Assembly: GCF_020745735.1 (NCBI RefSeq)
Contig: NC_083422.1
Span: 10,230,001-10,294,000 of the forward strand
Length of the DNA: 64,000 nucleotides
Direction of reading: 5' to 3'
From: Hemiscyllium ocellatum
Lineage: Eukaryota
How positions within the stretch are numbered: the stretch's first letter is position 1; each line of letters starts with the position of its first letter. Position numbers and translations under genes: made by a program. Under the pieces are notes generated by a model, which was not told the origin of the DNA, did no database searches, and saw nothing but the letters and a program-made list of their open reading frames with translations. This document shows, piece by piece, positions 1-13,999 of the stretch.

Positions 1-699
1 CTGGGATTTGGGGTGGGGAGGTTTGAAAACTAACGAAGGCGGGAGAGGGACTTGAAATGGTCAGCCACAGGGCGGTGGGGTTTGAACACTGCAGCATTCT
101 ACTAAACATGTTGCTAAAGCAGCAGTCCTAGTTAGGATACATTTTTAAGTATCACAATTAAAACCACCTCGCGTGTTTACTTTTGAGGTTTTCAATGCAC
201 GACAGTTCCTGGTTCAAACGCAAGCAACCGGAAGGATTAATCCCATCTTTGGATAATTGAGGGCCGATGGAATGGAGCGTGACACAAGGAGAAAAGAGAT
301 TTTCAAGAGTATCCTCTCTAGATAGGGATAGGTTTCGTTTTGAGGGGAAAATCTTGGCGGGAGTGCGAGGGCGGGAAGAAAGAAAGGAAGGATTATTCTT
401 TTATTAGCGGAATGTTATGGGGGAGCAAACAGAGGATTGTTTTCTTTGAAGAGGAGAAAGGAGAATGTGATGTGGGTTTTTTTGAGGGAGTTAAGAAGAT
501 AATTATTTTATGAAAGGGAGCAGTGATGGGTGGGTTGGTGGTAGATTCGTGGGGAGGAAGGCGGAATAGATGGTGAATGTGTAGGCCAGCAAAGCTCCCT
601 GCACTGACTCACTGTCAGTCAGGACACTGATGGTTGCAACAGTATCAGCTTCCGCCCTGTAACATTGTAACACTCGCTGGTTACAATGTAACACTTCCC

Positions 700-990
700 G
701 GTTACAATGTTGCAGTGAATGGAACCCAAGCCCGGGCCGCCATCCCCGGGGACTCCCGCTGCTCGCGCCGCTTCCCTCTCGGCCCACACTCACCTCGCAG
801 GCCAGGGCCTGCAGCTGAACACTCCTCCCAGCCTCCGACCGAGCAAAGCAACGCCCAGAGCCACGACACCCGCCATCCCGTCACTCGATTGTCAGTGCAC
901 CGCGCACCACCGAAGGATTCTGGGTCCGCCGAGGGAGCACCGCGCTGCGGGGGCGTGCGGGGAGACCGTTTGCAGCGGCGGATGTTGACT
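700..990. promoter_or_regulatory. CpG island/promoter of the putative TFAM gene
   Basis: Local GC- and CpG-rich stretch in an otherwise CpG-depleted background, spanning the ATG and the splice donor. Confidence 0.7.
794..876 (-). CDS. TFAM: Probable coding exon 1 of mitochondrial transcription factor A; the rest of the gene lies left of the window
   Basis: In a CpG island: gggATGGCG...GCGAG|gtgagt, giving MAGVVALGVALLGRRLGGVFSCRPWPA(R). Arg-rich and acid-free, like a mitochondrial presequence. 83 nt with a phase-2 donor, as in human TFAM exon 1. Lies downstream of UBE2D1 on the same strand, matching human synteny. No HMG box is visible in the window. Confidence 0.65.
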
Positions 991-1464
991 GGGTTCAGGG
1001 CAGCAAGGAGGGGTCAAACTACCTGAGAGGCAAATTCAAACAACAAAAAATAGCAAGCTTCACAAATGTGAGTTTTACCCAGTTACTCCAGAAAACGTCT
1101 CCCTGCCAAATCTCAGGCGTGGTTTTCACATCACAATTTGTTCGAAAATTGCAGCAACGTTCCTTTTCGGCAAAAATTGCACTTGTCGTAAATTGATCCC
1201 AAAACTCATCATTTTTTTTCTCTCTGGCTCAATATAATTACCTGATTTATTTATCTACTCTTAAGCACTTGTGAAACAGCGTTGTGAGGAAGGGTCACTG
1301 GAGGTTAGCCGTGTTTTCTCGCCACAGACCTGCTGTCTCCAGCAAATTTCTGGTTTTGCTAGTTTCAGATCCCCAGCATCCGCAATTCTTTGCTTTCTAT
1401 TATTAGATTGTGAATTAGAGGTGTGTTCTGTTGGGTTTACAGGAAGGAACTGTTGTGAAATTTG

Positions 1465-4177
1465 GAGTCATAGAGATGTACAGTATGGAAGCAGACCCTT
1501 TGGTCCAACCCGTCCATGATAACTAGAGATCCCAACCCAATCTAGTCCCACCTGCCAGCACCCAGCCCAGATCCCTCCAAATCCTTCCTATTCATAAACC
1601 CATCCAAATGCCTCTTAAATGTTGCAATTGTACCAGCCTCCACAACTTCCTCTGGCAGCTCATTCCATACACATACCACTCTGTGTGAAAATGTTGCCCC
1701 GTAAGTCTCTTTTATACCTTTCCCTTCTCACCCTAAACCTATGTTCTCTAGTTCTGGACTCCCTGACACCAGGGAAAAGACTTTGCCTATTTACTCTATC
1801 CATGTCCCTCATAATTTTGTAAACCTCTATAAGGTCACCCCCTCAGTGTCCAACGCTCCAGAGAAAACAGCCTCAGCTTGTTCAGCCTCTCCCTTAGCTC
1901 AAATCCTCCAACCCTGGCAATATCTTTGTAAATCTTTTCTGAACCCTTTCAAGTTTTACAACATCTTTCCAATAGGAAGGAAACCAGAATTGCACGCAAT
2001 ATTCCAACAGTGGCCTAAACAATGTCCTGTACAGCCACAACATGACCTCCCAACTCCTTTACTCAATACTCTGACCAATAAAGAAAGCATACTAAATGCA
2101 TTCTTCACTATCCTATGTACCTGCAATTCCACTTTCAAGGAGCTATGAACCTGTACTCCCTAGGACCTTACAGTTAAGTGTATAAATCCTGCTAAGATTT
2201 GCTTTCCCAAAATGCAGCACCTTGCATTTATCTGAATTAAACTTCATCTGCCACTTCTCAGCCCACTGGCTTATCTGGTCCAGATCGTGTTGTAATCTGA
2301 GGTAACCCTCTTCGCTGTCCACTACACCTCCAATTTTGGTGTATTCTGCAAACTTATTAACTGTACCTTTTATGTTCGCATCCAAATCATTTATGCAAAT
2401 GACAAAAAGTAGAGGGCCCAGCACCGATCCACTGGTCACAGGCCTCCAATCTGAAAAACAACCCTCCACCACCACCCTCTGTCTTCTACCTTTCAGCCTG
2501 TTCTGTATCCAAATGGCTAGTTCTCCCTGTATTCCATGAGATCTAACCTTGCTAATCAGTCTCCCATAGGAAACCTTGTCAAACGCCTTACTGAAGTCCA
2601 TATAGATCACATCTACCACTCTGCCCTCATCAATCCTCTTTGTTACTTCCTCAAAAAACTCAATCAAGTTTGTGAGACATGATTTCCCACGCACAAAACC
2701 ATGTTGACTATCCCTAATCAGTCCTTGACTTTCCAAATACATGAACATCCTGTCTCTCAGGATTCCCTCCAACAACTTGCCCACCACCGAGGTCAGGCTC
2801 ACTGGTCTATAGTTCCCTGGCTTGTCCTTATCACACTTCTTAAACAGTTGACACCACATTAGCCAATTTCCAGTCTTCCAGTACCTCACCTGTGACTATC
2901 AATGATACAAATATCTCAGCAAGAGGCCCAGCAATCACTTGTCTAGCTGCCCACAGAGTTCTAGGGTACACCTGATCAGGTCCTGGGGATTTATCCACTT
3001 TTATGCATTTCGAGTCACCCAGCACTTCCTCCTCTGTAATCTGGACATTTTGCAAGATGTCACCATCTATTTCCCTACAGTCTATATCTTCCATATTCTT
3101 TTCCACAGTAAATTCTGATGCAAAATACTCATTTAGTATCTCACCCATTTTCTGCGGCTCCACACAAAGGCCACCTTGCTGATCTTTGGGGGGGGGGGCC
3201 CTATTCTCTCCCTAGTTACCCTTTTGTCCTTACTGTATTTGTTAAAAATTCTTTGGAATCTCCTTAATTCTATTTGCCAAAGCTATCTCATGACCCCTAT
3301 TTGTCCCCCTGATGTCTCTCTTAAGTATACTCCTACTTCCTTTATACTCTTCTAAGGATTCACTCGATCTATCCTGTCCATACCTTACAAATGCTTCCTT
3401 CTTTTTCTTAACCAAACCCTCAATTCCTTTAGTCATTCAGCATTCCCTCTACCTACCAGCCTTTCCTTTCACCCTAACAGGAATATACTTTCTCTGGATT
3501 CTCGTTATCTCATTTCTGAAGGCTTCCCATTTTCCAGCCATCCCTTTACCAGCGAACATCTGCCCCCAATCAGCTTTTGAATGTTCTTCCTTAATACCGT
3601 AAATATTGGCCTTTCTCCAATTTAGAACTTCAAATTTTAGATCTGGTCTGTTCTTTTTAAATGTAATAGAATTATGGTTGCTGGCCCCAAAGTGCTCCCC
3701 CAGTGACAGCTCAGTCACCTGCCCTGCCTTATTTCCCAAGAGTAGGTCAGGTTTTGCACTTTCTCTATGTGGATATACCTACTACTGAATCAGAAAATTG
3801 CCTTGTTCACACTTAACAAATTCCTCTCCATCTAAACCCTTAACACTAGGGCAGTCCCAGTTTATGTTTGGAAAGTTAAAATCCCCTACCATAACCACCC
3901 TATTTTTCTTACAGATAGCTGAGATCTTACAAGTTTGTTTCTCAATTTCCCTCTGACTATTAGGGGGTCTATAATACAATCCCAATAAGGTGATCATCCC
4001 TTCCTTATTTCTCAGTTCCACCCAAATAACTTCCCTGGATGTATTTCCAGGAATATCCTCCCTCAGCACAGCTGTAATGCTATCCCTTATCAAAAATGCC
4101 ACTACCCCTCCTCTCTTGCCTCCTCTTCTATCCTTCCTGTAGCATTTGTATCCTGGAACATTCAGCTGCCAGTCCTT
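1465..4177 (-). mobile_element. CR1-clade LINE, 5'-truncated, degraded ORF2 (APE endonuclease + RT)
   Basis: ORF pieces GDFNFPNINW, KSPGPD, PGNYRPVSLTS, YMDFSKAFDKV, GSVLGPLLF; CR1 3' tail (ctctatgactc) at 1465; imperfect TSD tttggagtcat (1461-1471) / tttgaagtcat (4176-4186). Confidence 0.93.
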
Positions 4178-4319
4178 TGAAGTCATTACTAAGAAGTAAC
4201 CACACCCATTTCCAACTAAGTGACAGTTGACTGGCATCGGTCATCAAACTGTCATGAAGAGATGGCCCAAATCTTCCAATCTCGTTTGAAATCCTTAATT
4301 CTGACCCAGATTAAATAAA

Positions 4320-4990
4320 AAATATATAATTAATGGTAGGGTTTTGGGTAGTGTTGGTTAAAAATGTGTCTGGTGCTTGCCTTTATTGCTGCCCTTTGTG
4401 TATAGGAGGTGGGAAGTCATGTTGAGGTTTTAAGGACATTGGTGAGGTCTCTTCTGGAGTACTGCATCCAGTTCTAGTCACCCGGGTTGCAGGAACGATA
4501 CTATTAAGCTAGATTGGGTTCAGAAGCAATTTGCCAGGATGTTGCTGGATATGGAAGGTTTGAGTTATAAAGAAAGGCTGAATAGACTCGGCCTTTTTTC
4601 ACTGGAGTGGAGAAAGTTGAGGGGACCTTACAGAAGTTTCTAAAATCATGAAGAGGATCGTAGTTAATAGTAGTTGTCTTTTCCATAGGATGGGGGGATT
4701 TCAATACTAGGGGGCACATTCTTAAGGTGAGAAAAGAGAGATTTAAAAAAGGCACAAAGGGCAGATTTTTTGTACAGAATGTACAAGTAAAATGTACATG
4801 TGGAATGAACTTCCTGAGAAGTGGTGGATGTGGGTACAATTACAATATTTAAAATACATTTAGAGAAGTACATGAATAGGAAAAGTTTGGAGAACTATGG
4901 GCCAAGAGCAGGCAGGTGGGACTAGATGAGTTTGGGATTATGTTCAGCATGGACAAGTTGGACTGGAGGGTCTGTTTTCATGCACTGAGA
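4320..4990 (+). mobile_element. CR1 LINE 3' fragment
   Basis: Similar to the 3' part of the 1465-4177 element, in the opposite orientation. Confidence 0.8.
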
Positions 4991-7189
4991 CTTACTTTCT
5001 TTTCAGGCCCAACATCCAACAATATATCTTTCACAATGGACACAGTCTAAAGGCTCCAATGTCTTTGACAAGCTTCCAGAGAGAAGGGTTAGGGTGGTAA
5101 TGAGGTAGGTCAGGTTCAGGTGTGGGAGAAAGGGTGCATGCCAAGTCAGTGGGACTGAAGCTAATTGGATCATGTTTGTGTATACAGTCAAGACAATCAG
5201 GCTCCTGGGGGGGAAGGATGGAAGACTGGGGGGAAGGATGTCCGGACAATTTAGTGTAGAATAGGGTCAATCAGTTGTACAGTTACCCAAGAATTTTCTC
5301 TCAAACATTTTCTTGCTAATAGTTTCCTGGGTATCCAGAGCTCAAAAGATCTGAGTCGTTTTGTTTCCAACACTAAGAGAAAAGCGTAGAATGGTGGATG
5401 GTGAATTTCTTTTACAATTTGTCTATTCAATCCTGTTTCCAATCACCTCCATGGCCTCACCTTTCACTATCTTTGTAATCTCTGCCAGCGATGTAACTTT
5501 CTGAGATACCAACTCCAAGGTCTTCACCACCCGGCCATCAGCTGCCATGGCTTTAATCTCTGGCTTCTCTCCTGAAAACTCCCTTCATCTCATTAGTCCT
5601 TTTTGGTATTTCTTAAAATCTGGATCGCTTGACCAGGCATTTGGTCACCTGTCCTAACATCTCTTTGTGCATCATGGTGTCAAATTTTGTTTGACAAGGC
5701 TTGGAAAGAACCTTGGAAAGTTTGTTCCTCTAAGTGAGCTGTCTCAATACAAGTGGTTTCACACTGCTGTAGGTGCCTAAAGTAGAATGTTGTTTAACAT
5801 TATCTATTCTTTCAACATCCTAACTTTGTGTTGAAGTGTTGCAAATAGATAAACTTTCAAATTAATGATGACCTCATTGCTGTTGCTAAGGGAAGTTTAT
5901 CACCGCCACCTGTAAATCCTTCCTCAAGAGGGGTCTGTCATCAAAGTAAGAAAAATCTATCAAGTAATGATAGCTTTCTTTCATGACATTATATGGATTA
6001 AAACAAGGCTTTTATTTAAATAGACATTTACAGTAACGATACTTTCTCACTTTCCAGCAGGTGGTAAGATTGCTGTTTTTTTTTATCAAATCCACAATCA
6101 AACAGAAGGCTGGATTGTGCAAATACACAGGGTCAAACCATGGTTAGATTTTATTCTTGAGGTCCAAATCCTTGTTGTGAGCTGTTGTTTTCTTAAAACT
6201 CTTGTCCCTCATATCAGTCGGCATGGAGTTGTAAATATCAGGTCGTAAATAATTGTATATTCGAGGGAATCACATTTTTCAGAAGAGGGAGAGTGGTAAT
6301 ATATAGGCAGAGATTTCAGAAACGTTGCTAATTGAAGCATCACCAAAGAAAATGTCCTGACATTGACAGAGAAATGGCGACTACCTGAAGGCCAATCTTA
6401 AAAGGTCAGAGTGAGTGTCCATACTTCTGCATCAGGAGTGCCAGGTTCAAATCCTTTCTGCTCCAAAGGCATGTTATAACATCGCTGAACAGGTTGATCT
6501 GAAGGGTAAGGATTAGAACCCCGTGAATGTCACCTCGAGAAGGTGCAAAGAGCAGAAAGTAAATTGACAGCGTTTGCAAATGACTGGAAATAAAGTTGCC
6601 TGCACGACAGAATTTTATTTCATCCCAGCAGTCTCCCACTCCCCTTGTAGCCTTCCCATCACTCTCAGGTGAAAAACAGGTTTGATCTCATTTTTGGCCT
6701 CCACCTCTCCCCCCACCCCCACCGGGCTCAACCCAACCACACCCCTCCTAGTGCGAGCATCCCCTACAACAAACCCCATGTCCACTTCCTGTTCCCAGCC
6801 TTCCATCTTCCTTCCCCTACTCATGGCCGTTGTCCTGCTCCAACTGGGACCCAAGTGCCTGCCTTATCTTTCCAATGCTTGGTGAGCAGTGTAAGGCTGA
6901 TAATGGCACCATACACTTCTTGCAGTCTGCTGTTGTGACCAGGTTATGTCACTTGCCATGTCTGCACATGTGCAGGGGTTATGCTGCTATCAGTCTGAAG
7001 GGGTTTGGAAATGAATATAGTGCAAGTAGGTTAAGATGACTGACCTGGGCACAGTGTTAAGTCTTCTTTTCCTGAAAACAGAAGTAGTAGTAGAATTATA
7101 TTAATAATCAGATGGAAAATGCCTTGGAAGACATATGGAAGTGAATTGTAAGGAATCAACATTACAAAATTATGAACAAACATAGAAAA

Positions 7190-8800
7190 CGGCTGTTCTG
7201 AAGAATTGTCATACCGAGTATCAAAAGATTAACAGTTTCTCTTCTTACAGATGGTCAAAAAGCACAGGAGGACAGGCAGCATCCAAGGAGCAGGAGAATC
7301 GACGTTTCAGGCATAAGCTCTTCATCAGGAATGGGGGGGGGGGGGGCACGGGATGGGGAAGACAATAGGTAGATGCAGTTGAGGGGTGATGGTGATAGGT
7401 CAGACTGGATAGTTTGGGGAGGAAGATTGACAGGTGGGATAGTTCAAGACAGCAGTGCCAAGGAGGGGAAATTGGTCAGCCACAGGGCGGTGGGTTTGAT
7501 TGGTGCGTATGTCCCAGAGATGATCTCTGAATTGTTCCAAGAATTGGCATCTTGATTCACCAATGTAGAGGAGACCACATCCAGAGCAAGGGACATGATA
7601 GAGGTGTGTGGATGTGGAAGGAGTCTTTTGGGGCCTGGGGCTGAGTTTGGTGGTTGTGGGGGGGAGGTGGTGGAGTGTAGTGCAGGTTTTACACCTCTTG
7701 CATTGGCAAGGGGCCAGGAGTGGAGGGTGGGTTGGTGTGGGTGCATGGACCTAATGAGGGAGTCACAGAGGGGATTAGTTTCTGCAGAATGCTGATAGGG
7801 GTGGGGAGAGAAATATATCTTTGGTGGTGGGGTCTGAATGTAGGTGACAAAAATGGCAGGGGATGATGTGCTGTTTCCCAAGTTTGGTGGGATGGAAGGT
7901 GAGGACAAGGGAAGGGGTGGGGTCAGGGACAGAGGTGCAGAAAGTGGAGGAGATGCTCTGGAGGGCACTGACCATGTGGGATGCCAGATGATACCACATC
8001 CGCCGAGTTTCTCCTGCACCTTGCCTTTATTTCAGATTTGCAGCATGCACACTCTTTTGCTTTCCTTCCAAAATTATGCATCAAGGGGTTGAAGTCATAA
8101 AAAGAAACAGAAGCAAAATGGCTATTATTTCTATCTGTCTGCACTCCATTCTCACTGATTTCATAATAGAATGGGATAACTTGCATCCATGGTTTCCAGA
8201 ATGGATAGAGTTGAACTGGAAAAAGCACAAAAGATCTAGCAGAGGACGAAGGGAGTCAACAGGACCTTTCAATAGGACTGGGGGAGGGGAAGGAGGTTGC
8301 AAGATAAACAGGGAGTGGGAAGGGAAATGGGGCTGAGGGAATGATGGGTGGAATGTGGCTATGATTAGATTAGATTCTTTAGTGTGAAAACAGGCCCTTC
8401 AGCCCAACAAGTCCACACCAACCCACCAAAGAGTAACCCATCCAGACACGTTTCCCTACATTTACCCCTGACTAATGAACCTAACACTATGAGCAATTTA
8501 GCATGGCCAATTCACCTAACTTGCACATCTTTGGACTGTGGGAGGAAAACCACAGACACAGGGAGAATGTGCAAACTCCAAACAGATAGTGGGCCAATGT
8601 GGGAATCGAACCCGGGTCCCTGGTGCTATAAGGCAGCAGTGTTAACCACTGAGCCACCATGCTGTGATTGGTCAGTGGGAAGGGTGGAGCAGATAGGTGG
8701 GAAGGAAGATGGAGAGGTTAAGGGGACAGAGTGGAGAGGGAGTACTGGACCTGGGATGAGATTGGGGTGGGGAGATTTGGAAACTGGTTAATTCCATTTT
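7190..8800 (-). mobile_element. Cluster of degraded Neptune-type PLE fragments, interrupted by a V-SINE
   Basis: 7257-7331 matches the PLE terminus at 40357-40428, including a minus-strand hammerhead core; 7480-7990 matches the PTTKDIF/GIY-YIG region. Confidence 0.75.
8364..8662 (-). mobile_element. HE1-like V-SINE (tRNA-derived)
   Basis: Reverse complement has A box tggctcagtgg, B box ggttcgattcc, V-domain gagtttgcacattctcc and a (ctaat)n tail. Confidence 0.85.
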
Positions 8801-11340
8801 ACATCCGTATGGTTTTCAGTCCAAGACTGTTGAAAACTGAATCAAAATAATTGCAGATGCTACCGGAAATAAAAATAAAAAAACATTGGACAGACTCAGC
8901 AGGCCAGGCAGCAGCTGTGTGTAGAGACAATATATAGATAGTTGACAACCTTTGAGGGTTATGGGGAATCTAACCGCATTACAAAATTAAGTTTCAAGAG
9001 GGTGAATAGTTATAAAGAGGATAAAGAAAGGGACAGAAGTAAAATGGCTATTATTTCTACCCATCTGCAGTCCGATAATATCAGGTCAATTAAATCTTGT
9101 ACAGCTTAAACGTTTTGCAAAAGCTTCCATTAGTTTTTGTTCACACCATGGACAGTACACAGCAACATGAGGCACCCTCAAAGGTCCAAATGGCCTATTT
9201 GCACCTTAATCCTTGTGCAATTCTTTCATGGTGCGGTTTGATGGGAGTATTGGACATTTCTATTGTGGGATTAGGCAACTTGTATTGCACTGCCTTGATC
9301 TTCTATTTGCTTTCTAGGTAGGTTCTACCTGGCTTAAAAAATAATGTAAAGATGTGCACAGCTTTTCATCTGATATGGGTCAGAAATCGAGATTTTAACT
9401 CAGATTAGAAGATATAACATTTATAATTACCACATTAGTTACCTCCTCAAATTTCAACCAGGTTTATTAAATGTGACTGAACCTTTTAACTACTTCCCTT
9501 GGCATGATGCCAAATAGCTTCTGAAGCAAAGTGTGTATTTTGTTGTGTAGTTCTGCCACACAAGTTCAATTTTATATATATTAGAAATAAGGTTTAGTTG
9601 TAAACACCATACAGTATGCACAACCACAGTTTTAAAAGTTCTGAAGGCTCAGCTGTTACCATGTCAGAAATTAGTGGAGGGAGGGGGAGAGAATACCAGT
9701 ATTAATGTTGAAACAAACCTAGACAAAATATACAGAATACAAATAACGAACTAAATTTTGTGAACATTTTTATTTGGACAAAAAGTGAAAGTTGCACAAG
9801 CCTGGTAACTTTGCTTTAGGTTTTAACAATTAAAATCAAACAGATATGCACAATTAGCCATGAGTTCTCAGAAGTGGAGAAAAGCCCCTCTCGCGTGTTT
9901 CTTTTACAAGAAATTCCTTTTCATCTCTTGCTTTGCATTTCTCAGCCAGTGATATCACTGAAAAACCTAACTCCTACAGGCACTGCCTTAAAGTCTTCTT
10001 CAAAGTGGCTATTTGACAATCTAATCCAGCTTTTGTTCATCGTGGGCCAGCCCCTGTGAAACATCAGTCTGAACAAAGCAAAATACACAGATTCTGGAAA
10101 TCAAATCAAAAATGAAATATTCTAGAAACACTCAGTCTAGTGGAGAGACAGGAAGGTAGGGTTTCAAATTTAGAGCTTCTGACAGTGGGTTAAAACACTG
10201 AAAAGGCAGGGTTAATATTTCAAATAAGCAAAACAAAACTGGCTTTGGAGAAGGGTAAGGATCACAAAACAGGATACGTACCTTGCAAAATAATATGTAT
10301 TAATATACAGACTTCTGCAGATTTCAGTAAAGATGAATAAGTCAGACAAAACAGAAAAAAGTTTTTTTTAAAACAAAAGACAAATCACTGGCAAAACAGT
10401 CCAACTGTTTTAATTACAAGTGCAGCATTTCAGTTCTTCAGCTTAGAGAAAAAGGTGCATTTTTTAGTCACATCTATACAGTCAGAAGTTCAGTTGTGAT
10501 TCAAGGTTTGTAGTAAGCATCATCCACTTTGGTTGCAAAATAAATTTTTATACATGATTTCACCGATATTCTAAATAATCCAGATATTCGTTGTTAAATT
10601 GCCTCTGACGCATTGGTTCAAACTTAAGGAATCCAGGCAATTGGAAAATTGGCTGTGATTTAATTTACCATTTAATGCAAAATCGTTCACAAAGCAAATT
10701 TATTTCAAATTGGATAAACACAAGTAAGTGTGGCAAACCAATTAGAGGGGGGTCCAAAACAATCTTGTAATCAGTGAGATGGATAATAGGCAAGGAAAAA
10801 TACATTCTACCAGAGGTAGGTAATACTTTATATACGTTAAATAGAAAAAGCCAGCACCATGTAGACATACAATTCTATTCCTAATGGAAAGACATTAAAC
10901 CAGATTGAAAATTACTATTCTAATTATGATGGTTACAAGAGATAATTTTCAATCTGTTATCGTCTGGTTGATGCAACATTGTACAAGGCTTGGTGAGTGA
11001 TTTGGTCAACTGCACAACATTTAAAAAAAAACTGACTCCATGTCTGAACAAGAGACTGATGCACCTCCATCACTTCCAGTAAGTGAATGGAATGCACAGA
11101 CAATGGGCAGGCCAACATTTGTACCTGTGCAGTTTTTGACATTGAAATCATTGTTGGCAACCAGCTTATCCCCGTATTTCTCACCAACATCTTGGAACAT
11201 GTGCAGCAAAGAGAAAGAAAACTGACTCAAAACACTTAATACCAGCCCAAAATGCATAGAATTAGCAGTTGTACCAGATAACAAATCAGAATTAGCACTG
11301 GAACACTTGTCAGAACAGAGAAAACACCACTATGTGGAAT

Positions 11341-11346
11341 TTTATT
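11341..11346 (-). terminator. Candidate polyadenylation signal (AATAAA) of UBE2D1; a second lies at 11462-11467
   Basis: tttatt on the plus strand, about 200 nt past the stop codon. Confidence 0.5.
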
Positions 11347-11549
11347 GGTAAACGTCATTGCTTATTTAGCAATTACTGCAAGAACAGTTTGTAGTTTTGA
11401 AAACAATCATACTTTGTTTGCACTTAAGAAAATTTACAGTACTTATCGCCCACAATGGATATTTATTGTGAACTCCATGTGTTTCAATTGGAACAAATAG
11501 TGTTGTCACTTTCTTCTATTGGATGGTTGCAGTATATCCAACACCAATT

Positions 11550-11595
11550 CTACATTGCATATTTCTGAGTCCAGTCTCTTGCGTACTTGTTGTAT
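11550..11595 (-). CDS. UBE2D1: Ubiquitin-conjugating enzyme E2 D, exon 7 ((Q)YNKYARDWTQKYAM*)
   Basis: ag acceptor; TAG at 11550-11552; canonical WTQKYAM C-terminus. Confidence 0.95.
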
Positions 11596-13816
11596 CTATC
11601 AAACAGAAACAAACTTAGCATAAAATTCACTAATAAAAATATAGACACAAGTGATTCCAAAAACCCTGAAGAGACATTATCTTGCACTCATCAAGACATT
11701 TCTCAAAAATACCACTTTCAGGTGAAACCAACATTTATAGTGTTGGAGTGGAGAGTGCTGATCTGTTGGCAAGTAGAGTCTGTTTTGTACAACCAGATGA
11801 CTATTTGTATAAAGGCTTTAGATGAAGTCCATGGATTTTAACAGTTCTAACATACAAACTTCAGTGAATGTAACTTAATAAAATCTTATACACCTGAACT
11901 TAATACTCCTGTTAGTACTAAACTGGCATTTCACCAAACACAAAGTTAACTGGAGGACCTCGTATTAAGGTAACTCTGGCAGATAAACCGATAACAATGT
12001 TCAAATGACTGCAATAATGCCAACTGATCTGCATTCTCCAATTCATCTATTTCAGTCTTCTCCAGCAGCACCTACCTCAATTGGTTCTGCAGTCTAAAAC
12101 AGAAAGATTGGGAGCTCACTTAAAACACATGGGTTTTCTCCAGGTACCTCGTTGATACATCTTCTGAAATCAGTGCTATGGAGGCTTCCCTACAAGTTTA
12201 TGGGAAGTTAGTCATAACCAAGTTTTAGTGCTGAAGCAAGTAGAGGGGTAATCTACAGCTTTGTTGACATTCTTGGCTTCTTCATAAACCTAGTTCATGT
12301 CATGGATTGGTCCACAAAAAAAAATGTGTGAAGGTCCTCATAGCACTGCGGTAGTGTCCCTACCTCTGAGCCAAGAATCCTGGGTTAAAGTCCCACCTGC
12401 TCCAGAGGTGTATAACAACACTATCGAACAGGGAGCTGATTTTCCTGGAGAGAATGGCCTTGCTCTAAAACAAACAGAAATACATCCACTGACACCAAGT
12501 CTCCCTACAACTCCCCTACAGTGAGAAGAGGAGATGCTAGCCTGTACAAAGAATTAGCATTTCAGAGATATATTGAAGGATTGAGAGAACAGGACAAAAT
12601 CTTCAGAATAGGAATGAATCTTCGTTGGTCTCAGTTTTTCTCTAGCAATTCAGTCATTGAAAATCAGAAACTGCACTTTATGTGAATCTAATCAGATGCA
12701 AGGGTTTTTAAAATACTTCTTCTAAATAATATAAATGCTAACAATTACAGGTGTATCAAAGTCGTAGATATTTTTAGATGTGGTCCCCCCACATGCAGTG
12801 GAAATGGGTAACCATCAGTCAGAACAAATGAGCTAGGCATGAAAGCCCAAGAGTGTATTTCATTCAAGGTGAGCAGAAAGAGAAAGAGAACAGTAGTGGG
12901 CAATTAAACAGTGAGACACAGCCAGGAATTTCGATAGCTGCACATAACTCTAGGGAGGATATGTTGGCTCCCTCAGGCCGGAGGTCAGAAATCACTGAAC
13001 AGCAGCAGCCATTCTGTGGGAGGCAAGGGAGGTGATTTCAAAGGCTCTGATATTAACTTTCATACACTCTTGGCACAGGAGAGATGTCAGACAACTAACA
13101 TTATTCAAGAGAATTGGTAGGGAAAAACCAAGAAACTACAGGTCAGTCAGCCTCACATCTATGTTAAGGAAACTACAGTTAGAAAATCATTACAAATTAC
13201 TAATTAAAAGCTAATTACTAAAAAGGATAACTTCCACTTGGGATAGCATTGATTTTGCAGGGAAAATTGAGCTATGAAACCAGGCTAGATAGACCGTGGC
13301 TGTTTGCCTTAAAGCAAAGAAAGCTGAAGTAGTTGGAGGGGAAGCAGAATCTGATTGAGGTGTGCGAGGTTTTGATGGTCATAGATATAGTACAGTTTTA
13401 AAATAAGGTGCAGGAGGTTGAGAGGGGATTTAAGTATTTAGATGAACATTTCAAATGCCACAGCATACAAATGTTGGAAAATGGGACTAGAACAGATGGA
13501 TGTTTGATGATTGGGACAAAGATGATGAGCTGAAGGGCCTCCTTCTATGCTGTAAAACTCTGACTCTATCAAATACACTTACAATAAAATATATGTAATT
13601 TTCCTCCAGTTGATTGAAGTAATTAGTTACAAAGCACCTTCCGTTAATATTCACATAATCCAACAGTTAACCAGCATTTTTATAGGAGCAAAAAGCTATT
13701 GCTGGATTTTTGCTGGCATTTTGATAAAAGGTATAAATATGACAAATTATGTTTTTCCCCCTTGTTGATTAAACTATACTGTTGGGTGATGCTCAGAATT
13801 CCACAGATGCTACTTA

Positions 13817-13972
<156 letters not shown>

Positions 13973-13999
13973 TCACACAATGAATCAGTGTAATTCAGA

